Part shown: piece after piece, positions 25,843 through 42,959 of the stretch
How the letters are laid out: each line of letters starts with the position of its first letter
How positions within the stretch are numbered: position 1 is the first letter of the stretch
Source of the DNA: Eledone cirrhosa
Lineage: Eukaryota
Length of the DNA: 64,000 nt
Direction of reading: 5' to 3'
NCBI GenBank assembly: GCA_964016885.1
Contig: OZ024741.1
Location: forward strand, 226,424,001 to 226,488,000
Translations under genes and position numbers: made by a program
The notes under the pieces: model-generated
Databases searched by the model: none
What the model was told of the DNA's origin: nothing
Seen by the model: only the letters and a program-made list of their open reading frames with translations

Positions 25843-26640
25843 TGATTGGCAGTATCGGTAGAGGGTCGGACGCCATGCTTTGACGCATAGAGTTACGGCG
25901 AGTGCCATTCTGAGTTCAAGCCCCGCCGAGGTTAACTTTGCCTTTCATCCTTACGGGGTCGATAAAATAAAGTACCAGTAATGCACTGGGTAATTGCTGG
26001 CCTTGTGCCAAAAGTAGAAACAATTATTAATTTGGTGTTTAGGGCGGATAATTGGCAGAGCCGTTAGAACGTCGGGCAAACGCTCAGTAGTATTTACTCC
26101 AGTTCTTTACGTTTTGAAAATTCAATTCGATTGATATCAACGTTGCTTTTAATCATTCTACGGTCGATATAATAAACTTCCTCTCCCCGCCAAAAATGTT
26201 GACTAAATTACAAAACATTAATCAGGCATGGATTGGCAATATCGGTAGAGCGTCAGACACCATGCTTTGCAGCATTGTTACGTCCCTTTACGTTCTGATT
26301 CAAATCCCGCTGAGGTTAGCTTTGCCTTTCATCCTTACGTTGTCGATAAAATAAAGCACCAGTAACACACTGGGATCGATTTAATCAAATTTTTCGTCCC
26401 CTTCAAATTGCTGGCCTTGTGACAAATATGGATTGGCAATATCGGTAGAGCGTCAGACAACATGCTTTATGGCATAGGGTTACGTTCCTTTGCGATCTGA
26501 GTTCAAATCCTGCCGAGGTTAGCTTTGCCTTTCATCCTACGGGTTGGTAAAATAAAGCACCAGTAATGCACTGGGGTCGATTTAATCGACTTTCCCTTCT
26601 TCTAAAATTGTTTTTCCCTTCTTCTGAAACCGTTATTAAT
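25843..26640 (+). mobile_element. Cluster of four head-to-tail family N SINEs
   Basis: Four repeats of the GATTGGCA..GTAGAG..TTCAAATCC..TTTGCCTTTCATCC..GTCGATAAAATAAAG block. Confidence 0.9.
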
Positions 26641-27009
26641 CAGGCGTTTGGAAAATAACAAAATTGTCTCATATAAAATTAAAATGGAAGATATGGACAC
26701 TTTAAAAGAAACGACAGTGACAGTTGCAAGCGGTTGGTGTCTGAGGAGCTGGTGTAGGTTAAGTAAAAGTAGAATGTGCATTGCAGTTTGAAGAGCTACA
26801 GTACCAAAGACAGAATCGAATGTGAATAGTGGGAAATAAAGAAAATCTCAGATGATAAGGAGAGCTTTGTTATCTTGTCCATATTTGCTGCTCGTTTTAC
26901 TCCCTCCTAAAATTTTTCCCCGTTTTCCTCTATCCATTTACTGCCATTTTACTGCGGATTGCACGTTGCCGTTGATTTTGCTTCAGTTTATTTGTACACC
27001 CCCCCCCCC

Positions 27010-27073
<64 letters not shown>

Positions 27074-27374
27074 CATACATATGTTTATATATATACACAC
27101 ACATACACACACACGCATATATATAAAACAAATAGTAGATAGGAAAAAATGCTTTCAGTACAAAATGTTGAAGAGATTTTTTGCATTATATGCATTGTCA
27201 ATTGCGGATATGCAGAATATTGTTAAGCTGCATATTTGTACAAATAGTGATAATAATAATAATGAAGAAAATGAAAATAAAAAGGGGAAGAAAAATTAAT
27301 TTTCACATACATATTCATTCAGGCAAGAGAGTTCATTTCTCTGTCCATCCTACTCTGCTTATAGCTTGATATAT

Positions 27375-27430
27375 ACTCTTTTACTCTTTTACCTGTTTCA
27401 GCCATCCGGCTGAGGCCATGCTGGGGCACC
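27375..27430 (-). repeat. 3' tail fragment of a SINE/LINE with an (AAGAGT)n-type tail; second copy at 48957-49020 (+)
   Basis: CCCCAGCATGGCCTCAGCC..GCTG(A/G)AACA..(AAAGAGT)n at both loci. Confidence 0.6.
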
Positions 27431-27917
27431 TATATATATATATAATTCATTTGTATGATTTCAGCTACTCGGGACACTTTTTCCTCCATGACTGTCTGTC
27501 TTTCTTCACTTATTCTCTCTCTCCCCAGCAATCTCCCCATCTCTCTCTCTCCCTCTCTCTATCTCTCTCTCTTCTCTTTCGGTCTGTCATTTTAGGACTT
27601 AAAAACCGGTAAATACTTTCATCATTAAGGTTTGTATATTTCTTATCTCTTCCAACTTCTTTTTTACTTCTTGGCTAATCAATATGTTGAGGCTCATCTA
27701 TATATCTTATTTTCGGTTGCAGCTCATGAGGTAGTAGCAAAGTTTCTCTTATTTGTAAATAGTCGAAAGACCACCGTCCTGTCCTTTGTCCATTTATTAC
27801 TGTTCCTTGTGCATTAGAGCCAGTTTTATCGATCTTAAAACACTGATACATGGTTTCTCTAGCGAACAACTGATGAGATGGCATCGTCTGTTCATTTTAC
27901 TGCCTTCACCGGACCTT

Positions 27918-27992
<75 letters not shown>

Positions 27993-27994
<2 letters not shown>

Positions 27995-28216
27995 GGAACG
28001 AACGATCGACTTTCGTCAAATCGGACCGAGGAAACATTGTTTCCGTTGGTCTTTCCAAATACTAATACTATCTATCAGTCGCAACTCCAGGTAGAAGGAG
28101 CAATGTGAAATAAAGTGTCTTGCTCAAGGACATAACGCATCGCCTGGTTTAGGAATCGAACTCACAACCTCACAATTGCGAATCCAATTCTCTAACCACT
28201 CAGCCACACGCCTTCA
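27993..28216 (-). mobile_element. tRNA-derived SINE family B
   Basis: Reverse complement of GAAGGCGTGTGGCTGAGTGGTTAGAG..GAGTTCGATTCC..GTCCTTGAGCAAGACACTTTATTTCAC..CTACCTGGAGTTGCG. Confidence 0.85.
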
Positions 28217-29008
28217 CAATATATATATACACATACATACATATGTATATATGAGTGTGTGTATTTGTATACACTAAATACATATGGAGCGAAACCTTCG
28301 AAAGCAGGTCTATCTGCATACCAATAAGTTGCAGTACCTTAGGAAAATGTTTACGAGATTAAATGTCTTATCCAAGCGGCTGCCGCCTGAAGAGGTCGTG
28401 TCAATGGCACTACAAAAATGTGTATTACGGCTAATTACGTAATAAAAGAAATGATGGAAATCTGTACTTCGTTTACGCACACACACCCACACACACACAA
28501 GCACACATATATATATGTGTGTGTGTAGAGAGAGAGAGAGGGGGGGAGATTAAACTATGGTGTCATATAAGTATAGTTGTTCTCTGACCGTCTCTTTCAG
28601 ATATTAAACTGACATAGGCATCAGATACATTGATTATGTTCTGTAATGTTTGCCAAAATTTACAAGATAGAGTTAGTATAGTTTGAAGAATGGGGAAGTG
28701 TTTGAGCCCAAATTTAAAATAGACGCTCAGAGAAACAATTGTATTTAAATGACGCCATAGTTAGTATAATAGATATCTATATTCTCACAACGCTTCCAGA
28801 AATGTAGTGCTCTTTTAATTTTGGATTTTCTTTACCAAAATACATTATATTTATGGATACATGCATACACACACACGTATATATATATGTATGTTTATAT
28901 ATACATATATATGTGTGTGTGTGTATGTGTGTTTGTGTGTCTGTGATTGTCTGTGTGTGGGGTGGTGAAGGTGAGTCAGAGACAAAGATAATGAGAGAGA
29001 GAGAGAGA

Positions 29009-29080
<72 letters not shown>

Positions 29081-29347
29081 TAATGAGAGAGAGATGTAGT
29101 GATCACAGCCAACTTCAATCCTGTTTTCCCTTTCCCGGATAACCTGTGCTATGTATGTATGTGTGAGATCATTTTCATATAGTAATTTGTAGTACTATAA
29201 TGTACCTACTCTCTCATTGTACTACTAGCTAGCGTCTTGCTACACTGGGTGTGTGTACATATATGTTCGTATATTTGTGAGAGGGATGAGCGTTCGCTCA
29301 TCTCTATTCCATCTTTACTAACTTGATCTATCGTGCGTGCACGTCTG

Positions 29348-29382
<35 letters not shown>

Positions 29383-29617
29383 TTTCATGTTATCGTGAGG
29401 CCTCACCTATCTACCGTTATCGCCATTTCGAAACCACCTATTTCTTTTCCTGTCAGAGTAACCGAGAAAGCAGTATCGGTTGTTTCTAGAATCATAGGCT
29501 ACATTCTTCTTTAGTATTGAGTACTTTTTCTCCTCTTCGTTGAAAACCGATGGTTTGTAATTCTTAATTTATCCTTTTAATTGAGTCTAGCAAACCGTAT
29601 CATTATCCTTAGTTAGT

Positions 29618-29812
29618 GAGGGCGGTGGATTGGCAGTATCGGTAGAGGGTCGGACGCCATGCTTTGTAGCATAGAGTTAGGCACCTTTACGGTCTGAGTT
29701 CAAATCCCGCCGAGGTTAACTTTGCCTTTCACCCTTAAGGGGTAGATAAAACAAAGCACTAGCATTGCACTGGGATAATTGGTGGCCTTGTGCCAAAGGT
29801 AGAAACAATTAT
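29618..29812 (+). mobile_element. Full-length family N SINE with 16-bp TSD
   Basis: TSD ATTATCCTTAGTTAGT at 29602-29617 and 29811-29826. Confidence 0.9.
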
Positions 29813-29919
29813 TATCCTTAGTTAGTATTTTCTTCACCCTGGCGGTTTACGTCCCTTGTGATTTGAACGCATATGTATATATATCTGTGTTTGTCTCTCT
29901 TTATAATATATATATATAT

Positions 29920-30385
29920 AAATGTAAGTATGTATGTATACGTACATACATATATGTATACAGACGTACAGTACTATGTATATATATACATACATGCACA
30001 CATATATATATGCGCGTATCGGTTTACCGAACATTTATTATAATGCTCGGTTTGTTTGTTTGTAAACAAACAAACAGCCCGAATTACGCCGTACAGTGTT
30101 TAGGCAACCACGTCACCTTTTTGTTCAACACTGACACAGGAACGATGTACTAGTTTCAAGCTTATTGGCTATCGTCAGCATCGTATACCCTCCTGCCAGA
30201 TGGTTGAACGTCTGAAAGTATATACTTTCCTTATGCATATTAACGGCTGAGCAGCCTAATTTGCATATAGAGTGCGTTTCATTCTATTCCATTTATCGTT
30301 TTCGGTACGCCCGGCCAACTGAACTCACTCGATATGCAAATTAGGCTGCTCAGCAGTATATACTTTCAGACGTTCAACCATAAAT
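29920..30385 (-). mobile_element. Hammerhead-containing non-autonomous element (family H), copy 1, with internal inversion
   Basis: Reverse-complement match to 40575-40890. Segment 30200-30275 is partly repeated inverted at 30326-30381. Confidence 0.75.
30143..30183 (-). ncRNA. Minimal type I hammerhead ribozyme
   Basis: CGATG-CTGACGA-T-AGC(CAATAA)GCT-T-GAAA-CTAG-TA-CATCG. Confidence 0.85.
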
Positions 30386-30392
30386 TCTATAT

Positions 30393-30437
<45 letters not shown>

Positions 30438-30522
30438 TATACATACATATATACATACACATATACATACACATATACATACACATATACATACATATAT
30501 ATATATACACACATATACACAC

Positions 30523-30603
<81 letters not shown>

Positions 30604-30608
<5 letters not shown>

Positions 30609-30800
30609 TTAGCGAGAATCGCATTTCGGCGGGTAGAAATTAGTGAAACGCAAATTCCGTAATGTGTAGACAAGCGCTCCATGGATTTGAAGAGGATACC
30701 AGAGCTATAAACATAAGTTAAAAAGGTCATACAAACTGAGACGATGGTTAAGAAGCCATTAACCACCAGAGCCAAATTAGCGAACAAGCTAAACGGGTCA

Positions 30801-30806
<6 letters not shown>
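30604..30806 (-). repeat. pLTR-like repeat homologous to 50920-51103
   Basis: Shared TTGTTTGACCCG..TTAACCATCGTCTCAGT..TTTTAACTTATGTT..ATGGAGCGCTTG..GCCGAAAT(A/G)CGATTCTCGCTAA. Flanked by (TA)n. Confidence 0.7.
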
Positions 30807-30837
<31 letters not shown>

Positions 30838-30840
<3 letters not shown>

Positions 30841-31032
30841 CTGAGGAAACAATGTTTCCATTGGTCTTTCCAATTGCTAATACTATCTATCGGTCCCAAC
30901 TCCAGGTAGAAGGAGCAAACGTGAAATAGAGTGTCTTGCCCAAGGACATAACGCATCGCCCGGTCCAGGAATCGAACTCGCAACCTCACGATTGAGAGCT
31001 CAATTCTCTTACCACTCAGCCACGCGCTTTCA
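30838..31032 (-). mobile_element. tRNA-derived SINE family B
   Basis: Same head and body as the 17138 and 27993 copies. Confidence 0.85.
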
Positions 31033-31042
31033 CACACACACG

Positions 31043-31117
<75 letters not shown>

Positions 31118-31127
31118 GTATATATAT

Positions 31128-32088
<961 letters not shown>

Positions 32089-32129
32089 TATATTTTTTTT
32101 CCATATATATTTTTCCATATAAAACAAGT

Positions 32130-32357
32130 AACATTCAAAGACCAACCAGATGTGAGAAAAACCACAGACCCTCCATCTCAACTCTACTTTTGAAAAGCAG
32201 AAGAACTGCGAAACCGGCAAAGGAACCAAATAAATATATATTTTTTTTAAAATAAGTCTCCAGTTGCATTTTCGATTTCATCTTTTTTCTTTATACTTTC
32301 ACTCAAATAGGACACCTCGATTATTTTTCATTTTGTAAAAAAGATCTCACTTTCTAA
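32130..32357 (+). mobile_element. Repeat family U copy; U3:A8 hammerhead-like motif at 32187-32222
   Basis: CTT-TTGAAAA-GCAG(AAGAA)CTGC-GAAA-CCGG-CA-AAG; U16.1 is mutated to C. Confidence 0.7.
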
Positions 32358-32402
32358 TATATATATACACATATATACATATATACACATATACACATAC
32401 AC

Positions 32403-32494
<92 letters not shown>

Positions 32495-32498
<4 letters not shown>

Positions 32499-32547
32499 GA
32501 TGGCTGCCCCTCGTTGTCGAGTATGGCCCTTGCACAAGAAAAAAAAA

Positions 32548-32589
<42 letters not shown>

Positions 32590-32606
32590 AAAAAAAAAAG
32601 GAAAAG

Positions 32607-32647
<41 letters not shown>

Positions 32648-32719
32648 CATACATACATATATACATACACACATACATACACATACACTCACACATATAT
32701 ACACACATACATTAATAAC

Positions 32720-32762
<43 letters not shown>

Positions 32763-32858
32763 GCAATAATAATAATAACGACAACAACAATAATAATATA
32801 CATATTCATATATATATACACACACACGCACGCACATAAGCATATCTACACACACACA

Positions 32859-32933
<75 letters not shown>

Positions 32934-35118
32934 TAGCAACTAACAGTGCTGCGATCGAATGTGGCTTTTTAGCCCAGCCAATGAACTAAAATGTCTTGCA
33001 CAGAGTCGGCAACCAAAACATTTACTGGGAATAGTCGGCTGTGGTTGGAGTTCGTGTACTTTTGCATGTCGCTTGAGCCCTCCTGCTGATTTACATTCTC
33101 TACCACATGTTTGGCAAGCATGATGAGTAGCATCTCCAACAGCAGCCTGGTAGTCAACCACTGGTCTTACTTTATGACTGCGAAGATGACTTTCGAGTCC
33201 AGCTTTGCTTAGGCAGAGTCTCGCACAGACGCTGCATGTCAGAACCATAGGAGGACCCTCGCCGTCTGGAAGTGCAACAGCAATGCCCTTCCTCACGTCC
33301 CGCTTTACTTTCTCGTGTGCGATTCGAGATGCCTCAAAGGCAACTTTTCCCTCATATACAGTCCTTCTCCATTTATTACGATCAGCAGCAATATTTTCCC
33401 ATGTATCAGCATTGATGTTAGCGTCTTTCAGAGAGGCTTTCAAGGAATCCTTATAGCTCTTTTTTGGTTTATGTGGCGGTCGTTTTCCTTTAACCAACTC
33501 TCCATAGAAGAGTTGTTTTGGTATTCTAGAATCCTTCATCCTGGCAAGGTGACCACTCCAACGGAGTCGCTGCTTAAGCACAAGAGCTTCTATACTGTCA
33601 CACATAGAGCTTTCCAAAATCTCGACATCACTGATGTGGTCCCTCCAGTGAACGCCATGGATCCGTCTGAGACACATCTGATGGAAACGCTCCAATTGCT
33701 TAAGGTGGCGTCGATATGTGACCCAGGTCTCGCAGGCATAAAGAAGACAAGTGAGTACACATGCCCTGTACACCTTTACCTTTGTCCTCCTGCATATGTC
33801 TCGCCGACCCCAGAGTCGCCTTTCTAGCTTTCCGAAAGCATCACTTGCTTTCCTAATCCTAAGTGAGATTTCACTGTCAAGGTTGCCGTATCGATTGACA
33901 GTGCTTCCCAGGTAGACAAACTGATCAACCACTCGAAGTCGTTTGCCATACACATAGATGTTTGGTTCAGTGTACTGCTTACCAGGGGCAGGTTGGTACA
34001 TGACGACGGTTTTCTTGAGACTGACAGTCAAACCCAGGGCAGTGCAAGCGTCAGAAAATGCATTCAAAATGTGCTGCATATCACTCTCTGTGTGCGCTAC
34101 AAGATCGCAATCATCTGCATACAAGAGGTCTCTTATGACTGATGTAAATACTTTTGTCTTCGCAGCAAAGCGCCTGATGTTAAATATGCTGCCTGAGGTT
34201 CGATATCGGATGTAAACACCATGCTCGCAATTCCTGAATGCAATACAGAAAACCATTGCAAAGTATATGGCAAACAGGGTCGGTGCTGGAATATCCCCCT
34301 GTTTCACTCCATTTTTTACTGAGATAGGCTCCGACATGTTACCTCCGACATTAACCCAAGCCTTCATGTCGTCATGGAAAGACCTAACTAAAGCAAGGAA
34401 CTTATCAGGGCAACCAAATTTCTGAAGAACCTTCCATAATGCATCTCTGTTGACAGTATTGAAAGCCTTTGTCAGATCGACAAAAACATGATACAGATCC
34501 AAGCCCTGTTCAATGCACTTCTCCTGGAGCTGTCTAGCTGAGAAGATCATATCAGTAGTGCCGCGTCCAGCACGAAAACCAGATTGACTTTCAGGAAGGA
34601 CACAATCTGCAATGTGTGTCAGCAGACGGTCCAGAAGCACCCTACATAAAACTTTCCCCACGACAGAAAGCAATGATATACCTCTGTAGTTCCCACAATC
34701 ATTCCTGTTACCCTTTCCCTTGTACAAGACCACCATTACTGCATCTCTCCAGTCCTCAGGCACGGATTCATTAGCCCATATCCTTCCAAACAGAGAGTGA
34801 AGATGTTGCAGGAGTCTCTTACCACCATATTGTAGGAGCTCAGCATGTATGCCATCCATACCTGGAGATCTTCCACTGTTCAGCTTCGAAATAGCCACTG
34901 CAACCCCCACAAGCGTCGGAGGTTCTGCGAGAGCTACTTTCACAGGACTTTCCGGAATGAGATTGAGGAAATCTTCACTGACGACAGACGGCTGATTCAA
35001 AAGATCATCAAAGTGCTCTCGCCACCTTCGTAGAATTCCCTGTGAGTCACGAAGAAGTTCTTTGCCATCCTTGCTGCGAATCGGTGTCACCAGAGAAGAA
35101 GACGGTCCATAAACCTCA
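32495..35118 (-). mobile_element. 5'-truncated RTE-clade LINE
   Basis: Uninterrupted RT ORF. The 3' terminus TGTGCAAGGGCCATACTCGACAACGAGGGGCAGCCATC-ATATG at ~32498-32536 is separated from the stop codon by microsatellites. Confidence 0.9.
32940..35118 (-). CDS. RTE reverse transcriptase ORF (APE domain lost by 5' truncation) with three C-terminal C2H2 zinc fingers
   Basis: Motifs KSPGMDGI-like, YKGKG..NYRGISLL, PESQSGFR, VDLTKAFN, GVKQG, LLYADD, FVYLGS, LLYACETW, RLRWSGH..RIPKQL. Fingers CSVC..HLRSH, CQTC..HAKVH and CRLC..HIRSQH. The first ~15 aa of the ORF track are flanking microsatellite. Confidence 0.9.
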
Positions 35119-35221
35119 ATATACATACATATATACATATACATACATATATACCCACACATATATATATATATATATACAATATATTAATAAATGGAAA
35201 CTATATTTATAAAACCATATT

Positions 35222-35287
35222 TATTTTATTATATATATTTCAAGGGCAACCAAGGCAAATTATGGTGCGCTTTCATCAGATGAAATA
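35222..35287 (-). ncRNA. Type I hammerhead ribozyme in PLE C pLTR
   Basis: TATTTCAT-CTGATGA-AAGCGCACCA..TGGTTGCCCTT-GAAA-T-ATAT-ATA-ATAAAATA. Confidence 0.75.
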
Positions 35288-38200
35288 CAGATTTGTTTTA
35301 TAAATAAATATTGATATACCCGGAAAAATACAACCTTAACGGTTGGAGCTTCCTGGAGATAATATTTTATTGAGGATAATACAGAGTTATGATTGAGTAT
35401 GCAAATGAGTGTCCGAACATTTGAAAAGATAACGGTTTATTTAAATTAAACTGTTGGAAGAAGATGATATGTAAGGGAGAGAGAAAAGAAAAAGAAATGG
35501 AGAAAGAGAGAAGAGGAAAGAAAGAACGATTATACATAGTGATAGTGAAGATAGTCAGAGTGAACGAAGAAATAAATTTTAATGGAAAAATATATACAGA
35601 GCGTAAATATATCAAAGTGAAAGAAATGAAAGAAGAAATAAGATTAACGTGGTACTATAATATTTAGAATGTAGGGTTCATTACGTTGTGATTATAATAT
35701 GTATAATGATCAGATGAAAAATTAAATTAAATTAAAATTAAAAATCAAAATTAAAGATAAAAAATTTAAATTAATATTAATATTAAAAATTAAAAATTAA
35801 ATTATAACAGAAGTATTTATATTATATTAAGATGTATTAGTAATAATATATTGGTTTAGATGTGTATGTTATGGATTATAAATTATTTAAGTAAATATGT
35901 AGTATTTTACATTAGCGAAAATCTAGTATAGTTTATTTTATTAAAGTGAGTTTGGCAAAATTATATTTATTAATAGTTGTGTCGAAACATCCAAATAATT
36001 CTAAATTTATAAAAATTTACGAGAGTTTACAAAGGAATAACTACTTAATTATATTATAAAATCAGTAAGGAAGTATAAAAGAAGTTAGAAGTGATTTTTT
36101 AAGAACTCAAATGACTCCAAGGATACATAAAAAACCCTTCAAAAATTTTTTTTTTTATTTAATGAGAAGTCATAAATGTTATAAAGTTAAAAAATGTTAT
36201 CTTAAGAATATAATTAAATCATAAACCATGTTATTTTATAAGAAGTCATAAATGTATCTTAAGAATATAATTAAAACATAAACCATAGGTTATTTTATAA
36301 GTCATAATTGTTATAAAGATTTAAAAAATTTATCTTAAGAATATAGTTAAAACATAAATCATAGATTATTCCACATATATGTAAAAATCATGTTATCCAC
36401 ATATACATAAATATTTGGATATATATTAAAAATGTTTGAAGATATAAAATATTGGAAGATATGAAAATAATGGTTTTTCTATATCTTTCATAGGAACTTT
36501 CAAAGAATTTTCTAAAACCTTCAGAAAGTCTTTCAAGGAAAATTTTTCTTAAAAGAATTTCAAGTAGTCATATAAAAAAAGTTTATAATATATTGATAAG
36601 TGTAATAATATAAAGTATATTTATGAGGTAGAGATAATAGAAAGTAAATTAAATATATATGAATCATATATAGATATAATCTGAAGGATGAAGTAGGTGG
36701 TTGGATATAGAAAGGAGATTAACCATATATTACATTTTATATATATATCTAAAAGTTGAGTTTAAACGATGTTTACAAGAACTAAATAAATTATTACGCA
36801 AATTAATAGAGTTCTTACTTTTTAGTATAAGAATATTTCTTCAACGCAAAGGGATTTTTGGATAGAGCTGTGTATGATTGAGCTTTGGAGATAATTTCCC
36901 AAGATAAAGAATAGTTAATATTCTTGGAATTTAAGTTCCAGAATAAGTTGGATAGAGAAGTTGAAGATTTTTTACAAATATTCGTAAAGGAACATTTATG
37001 GTTATTGAAACGAGATTTGAAGCCGACATAGTTAAAGGAATTTTCATTGGTTTTTATATTACAATCGTATACTATATTTTTAACTAAACAGTTATTATTT
37101 AGAGGACAGTTAGATTTATTTCTACAAATACATTTATCAGAATTTATATTATTGGGAGCCGTAACATTATATTGGATATTGCTAGAGATATTAATGCTAT
37201 TCTGGTTAGGTTTTAAGTTTCTATTATTAATTCTATTAATATTCTGCGCTAAATTCATAGTGGTGGAATATGAGAGTTTAATAGTATGTCTATTAAAGAT
37301 TGAGTAATATCTGTGTGTCTTAGGAAAATACTTATCTAGAGCTTTAAAAAATAATTTAGCTATTGGAGTTTTAATCCTTAATTAGAAAGGGGGAGCGAAC
37401 CATAATATATTTCTAGTTCTATTTCTTCTTTTGATTTTCGAGTTAGTGCGAGGTTTTCTATTATAACTATATTTATAGTTATGGTTAATTGGCACATCCT
37501 TATTATCAATGTATTTAATTTCATTACTATAGCCTGCTCTAGTTAACGCTTCGTTATAATATTGTGCCTTATCTTCAAATATATTTTTATTCGCTGAAAT
37601 TCTAGGAATACGTTGTTGCACAGAATTTACAATAGTGTTTTTAACGGATCTGGGGTGATTGGAATTAAAGTTAACATAGTTTAAATTCTCATTGATTTTA
37701 TGAATTGGATAATAAAGACCAGTATTAAGGTTTAAAGTTACATCTAAAAAATTAACTATTTTATAATTATTTTATATTTTATACTACTTCAAATTTAAGA
37801 TTAACGCTATTAAAACATTGTATAATTTCTTTTCTTTTCCTATTTATTTCACGATTATTATTATTTTCAATAAGCAATAGCATATCGTCACGATATAAAC
37901 CACTCATCTCTGGTATTTTCCTATGTAAAGTATTGTTAATAAAAAGCCCCACAAGATCCGTTAATTGCGCCGAATTCGATGACCCCATAGTGATATCGAA
38001 ATTGTTATCCCTATCTGCTCTAGTCCAAAGGTGTTTGCTAAATATAATTAATGTTTTACGTGCAGTTAAGATAATGTGCAATTCTTGGCTAGATAAATCA
38101 GTATATTTAAATGCATATGTAAGGGCTTTATTAAGTAAATTAGGAGTGATAGATGACTAATAATTAGCAATATCCAATTGAATGAATTTATTGTTATGCT

Positions 38201-38733
38201 TATATTTAATGTCCTTAAACCAGTCAATAACTTCATTAGTCGCATTCCATAATTTTAAATAAGATATTTACTTAAGTTGTGGTATGATTTAATTTAATTT
38301 TTAAACATATCATTATAAATATTATAATCACAACGTAATGAACCCTACATTCTAACTATTATTCTTCCACGTTAATTTTATTTCTTCTTTCACTTCTTCT
38401 TTCACTTTGATATATTTACGCTATGTATATTTTCCCATTAAAATTTATTTCTTCGTTCTCTCTGACTATCTTCACTATCACTATGTATAATCGTTCTATC
38501 TTTCCTATTCTCTCTTTCTCCATTTCTTTTTCTTTTCTCTCTCCCTTACATATCATCTTCTTCCAACAGTTTAATTTAAATAAACCGTTATCTTTTCAAT
38601 TTATCGGACACTCATTTGCATACTCAATCATAACTTTGTATTACCCCCAATAAAATATTATCTCCAGGAAGCTCCAACCGTTAAGGTTGTCTTATTTCCG
38701 GGTATGTCAATATTTATTTATAAAACAAATCTG

Positions 38734-38799
38734 TATTTCAACTGATGAAAGCGCACCATACTTTGCCTTGGTTGCCCATGAAATATATATAATAAAATA
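38734..38799 (+). ncRNA. Type I hammerhead ribozyme in inverted PLE C pLTR
   Basis: Same motif as 35222-35287 with a few substitutions. Confidence 0.65.
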
Positions 38800-39036
38800 A
38801 ATATTGTTTTATAAATATAGTTTCCATTTATTAATATATTGTGTATTTACTCCACAATCTGTTGAGTGCTTTATATCAGTTATAAACATTTTAAAGATTG
38901 TTGAATACCAATAAATTAAATATAACCTCTCTCTCTCATTCACTCTCTCTCTCTATATATATATACATATACATACACATGCATATATATATACAAGCAC
39001 ATACACACACACATATATATATGTATATATACATAT

Positions 39037-39069
<33 letters not shown>

Positions 39070-39259
39070 CGCGCGCGCACACACATGTACACATATATGC
39101 ACATACACACATATATATATATATACATACACACACATATATATATACACATATACATAGACACACACACACACACGCACACACATGTACGCATATATGC
39201 ACATACACACATATATATATATATACATACACACACATATATATATACACATATACATA

Positions 39260-39320
<61 letters not shown>

Positions 39321-39361
39321 TCATATATATATATATATACATACATATATATATACATACA

Positions 39362-40386
<1,025 letters not shown>

Positions 40387-40424
40387 AGAATGAAACGAAA
40401 TTTCATTTCTCACTCTTAGTACGG

Positions 40425-40886
40425 CACTTGCTTAAATGTAAGTATATATGTATACGTATATAGATATATGTATACAGACGTACAGTAGTATGTATATATA
40501 TACATACATGCACAGATATATATATATATATGAACATATCGGTTTACCGAACATTTATTATAATGCTCGGTAATGCTAAGGAAAGTATATACTTTCAGAC
40601 GTTCAACCATCTGGCAGGAAGGTATACGATGCTGACGATAGCTAATAAGCTTGAAACTAGTACATCGTTCCTGTTTCAGTGTTGAACAAAAAGGTGACGT
40701 GGTTGCCTAAACACTGCACGGTGTAATTCGGGCTGTTTGTTTGTTTACAAACAAACAAACCGAGCATTATAATAAATGTTCGGTAAACCGATACGTGCAT
40801 ATATATATCTGCATGTATGTATATATATACATACTACTGTACGTCTGTATACATATATGTATGTACGTATACATACATACATACTT

Positions 40887-40890
<4 letters not shown>
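40425..40890 (+). mobile_element. Hammerhead-containing element family H, copy 2, with internal inversion
   Basis: Matches 29920-30235 in reverse. 40435-40570 is the reverse complement of 40760-40887. Confidence 0.75.
40627..40667 (+). ncRNA. Minimal type I hammerhead ribozyme
   Basis: CGATG-CTGACGA-T-AGC(TAATAA)GCT-T-GAAA-CTAG-TA-CATCG; GUA triplet. Confidence 0.85.
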
Positions 40891-41978
<1,088 letters not shown>

Positions 41979-42833
41979 ATTACCGGGAGAGATGACCCCT
42001 TAGCCTTTGTCAAGGCAGAATTCTAGGAGAAGGAAAACTCTGATATAACACCTGCAACCCTGATGGTATCCAATGATGTTGACTTATTCTTCTTTTTGGG
42101 AAATATCATCTTCGTTAAGAGAGTGGGACTGGCTTTGTGCAGTGCCTTTGCTCACTATAAAAGCTTCACGGCACAGGCATTGCTTTATATCTGGAGATCT
42201 CTCTGCACTTGTCACATGGTACCATGGGCCCAGCACTATGTGTCAATAATTGTCACAAGTGTAGTGTTTGTACCATAGTTTTCAAGTCGCTGGCTGGACT
42301 AAAAAGTCACACTCGTTCAGCGCATCGGTAGGGGTTCTCCTACATGGATATAAAGTAGTGGCCGTACTCGAAAACGAGTTGGCAGCCACCATATATATAT
42401 GTATATATGTATATATATGTGTGTGTGTATGTGTGTGTATGTGAATGTGTCTATTGACACCTGGAATATAGCGTAAGAGAAACATGACAATAATGATATG
42501 ATATTCACCCAATATTTTGAACTGGTTTATAGAATTCTCTTGGCCTTTGTCACTCTAAATATAAATTATAGCCTTAAAGAATTAACTTTTAATGAATTCC
42601 CTTTTCTTTCAACCAATGACCTCCACCCATCCCACTCTCCACCCTCTCCTACCACCTGAAAAGATATAAATACCACAACATTTATTTTTAGAAAGCCAGA
42701 TTCCTGATGATATGTAAAGAATGAAACAGTTCTAGTCCTGTATAATCTCATCTATATTAAAACTTTTATACTCTGCTATGTATTGAGTACCTTACTTACT
42801 GTGGTTACCTCCGATTCAACCCGGAATAACTTA

Positions 42834-42896
<63 letters not shown>

Positions 42897-42902
42897 AGAG
42901 AG

Positions 42903-42959
<57 letters not shown>

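Larger units (their letters stand above)
35181..38840 (-). mobile_element. Decayed Penelope-like element C with ~530-bp inverted pLTRs
   Basis: 35181-35710 is the reverse complement of 38312-38840. Minus-strand ORF fragments contain FDITMGS..AQLTDLVGLF, GLYRDD, WFAPPF and CICR..CPL..VY..YVG. Confidence 0.9.

Noticed and set aside
42700-42740. Hammerhead at CTGATGA..GAAAC
   Set aside because: Core words are present, but stems I and II cannot be paired convincingly.
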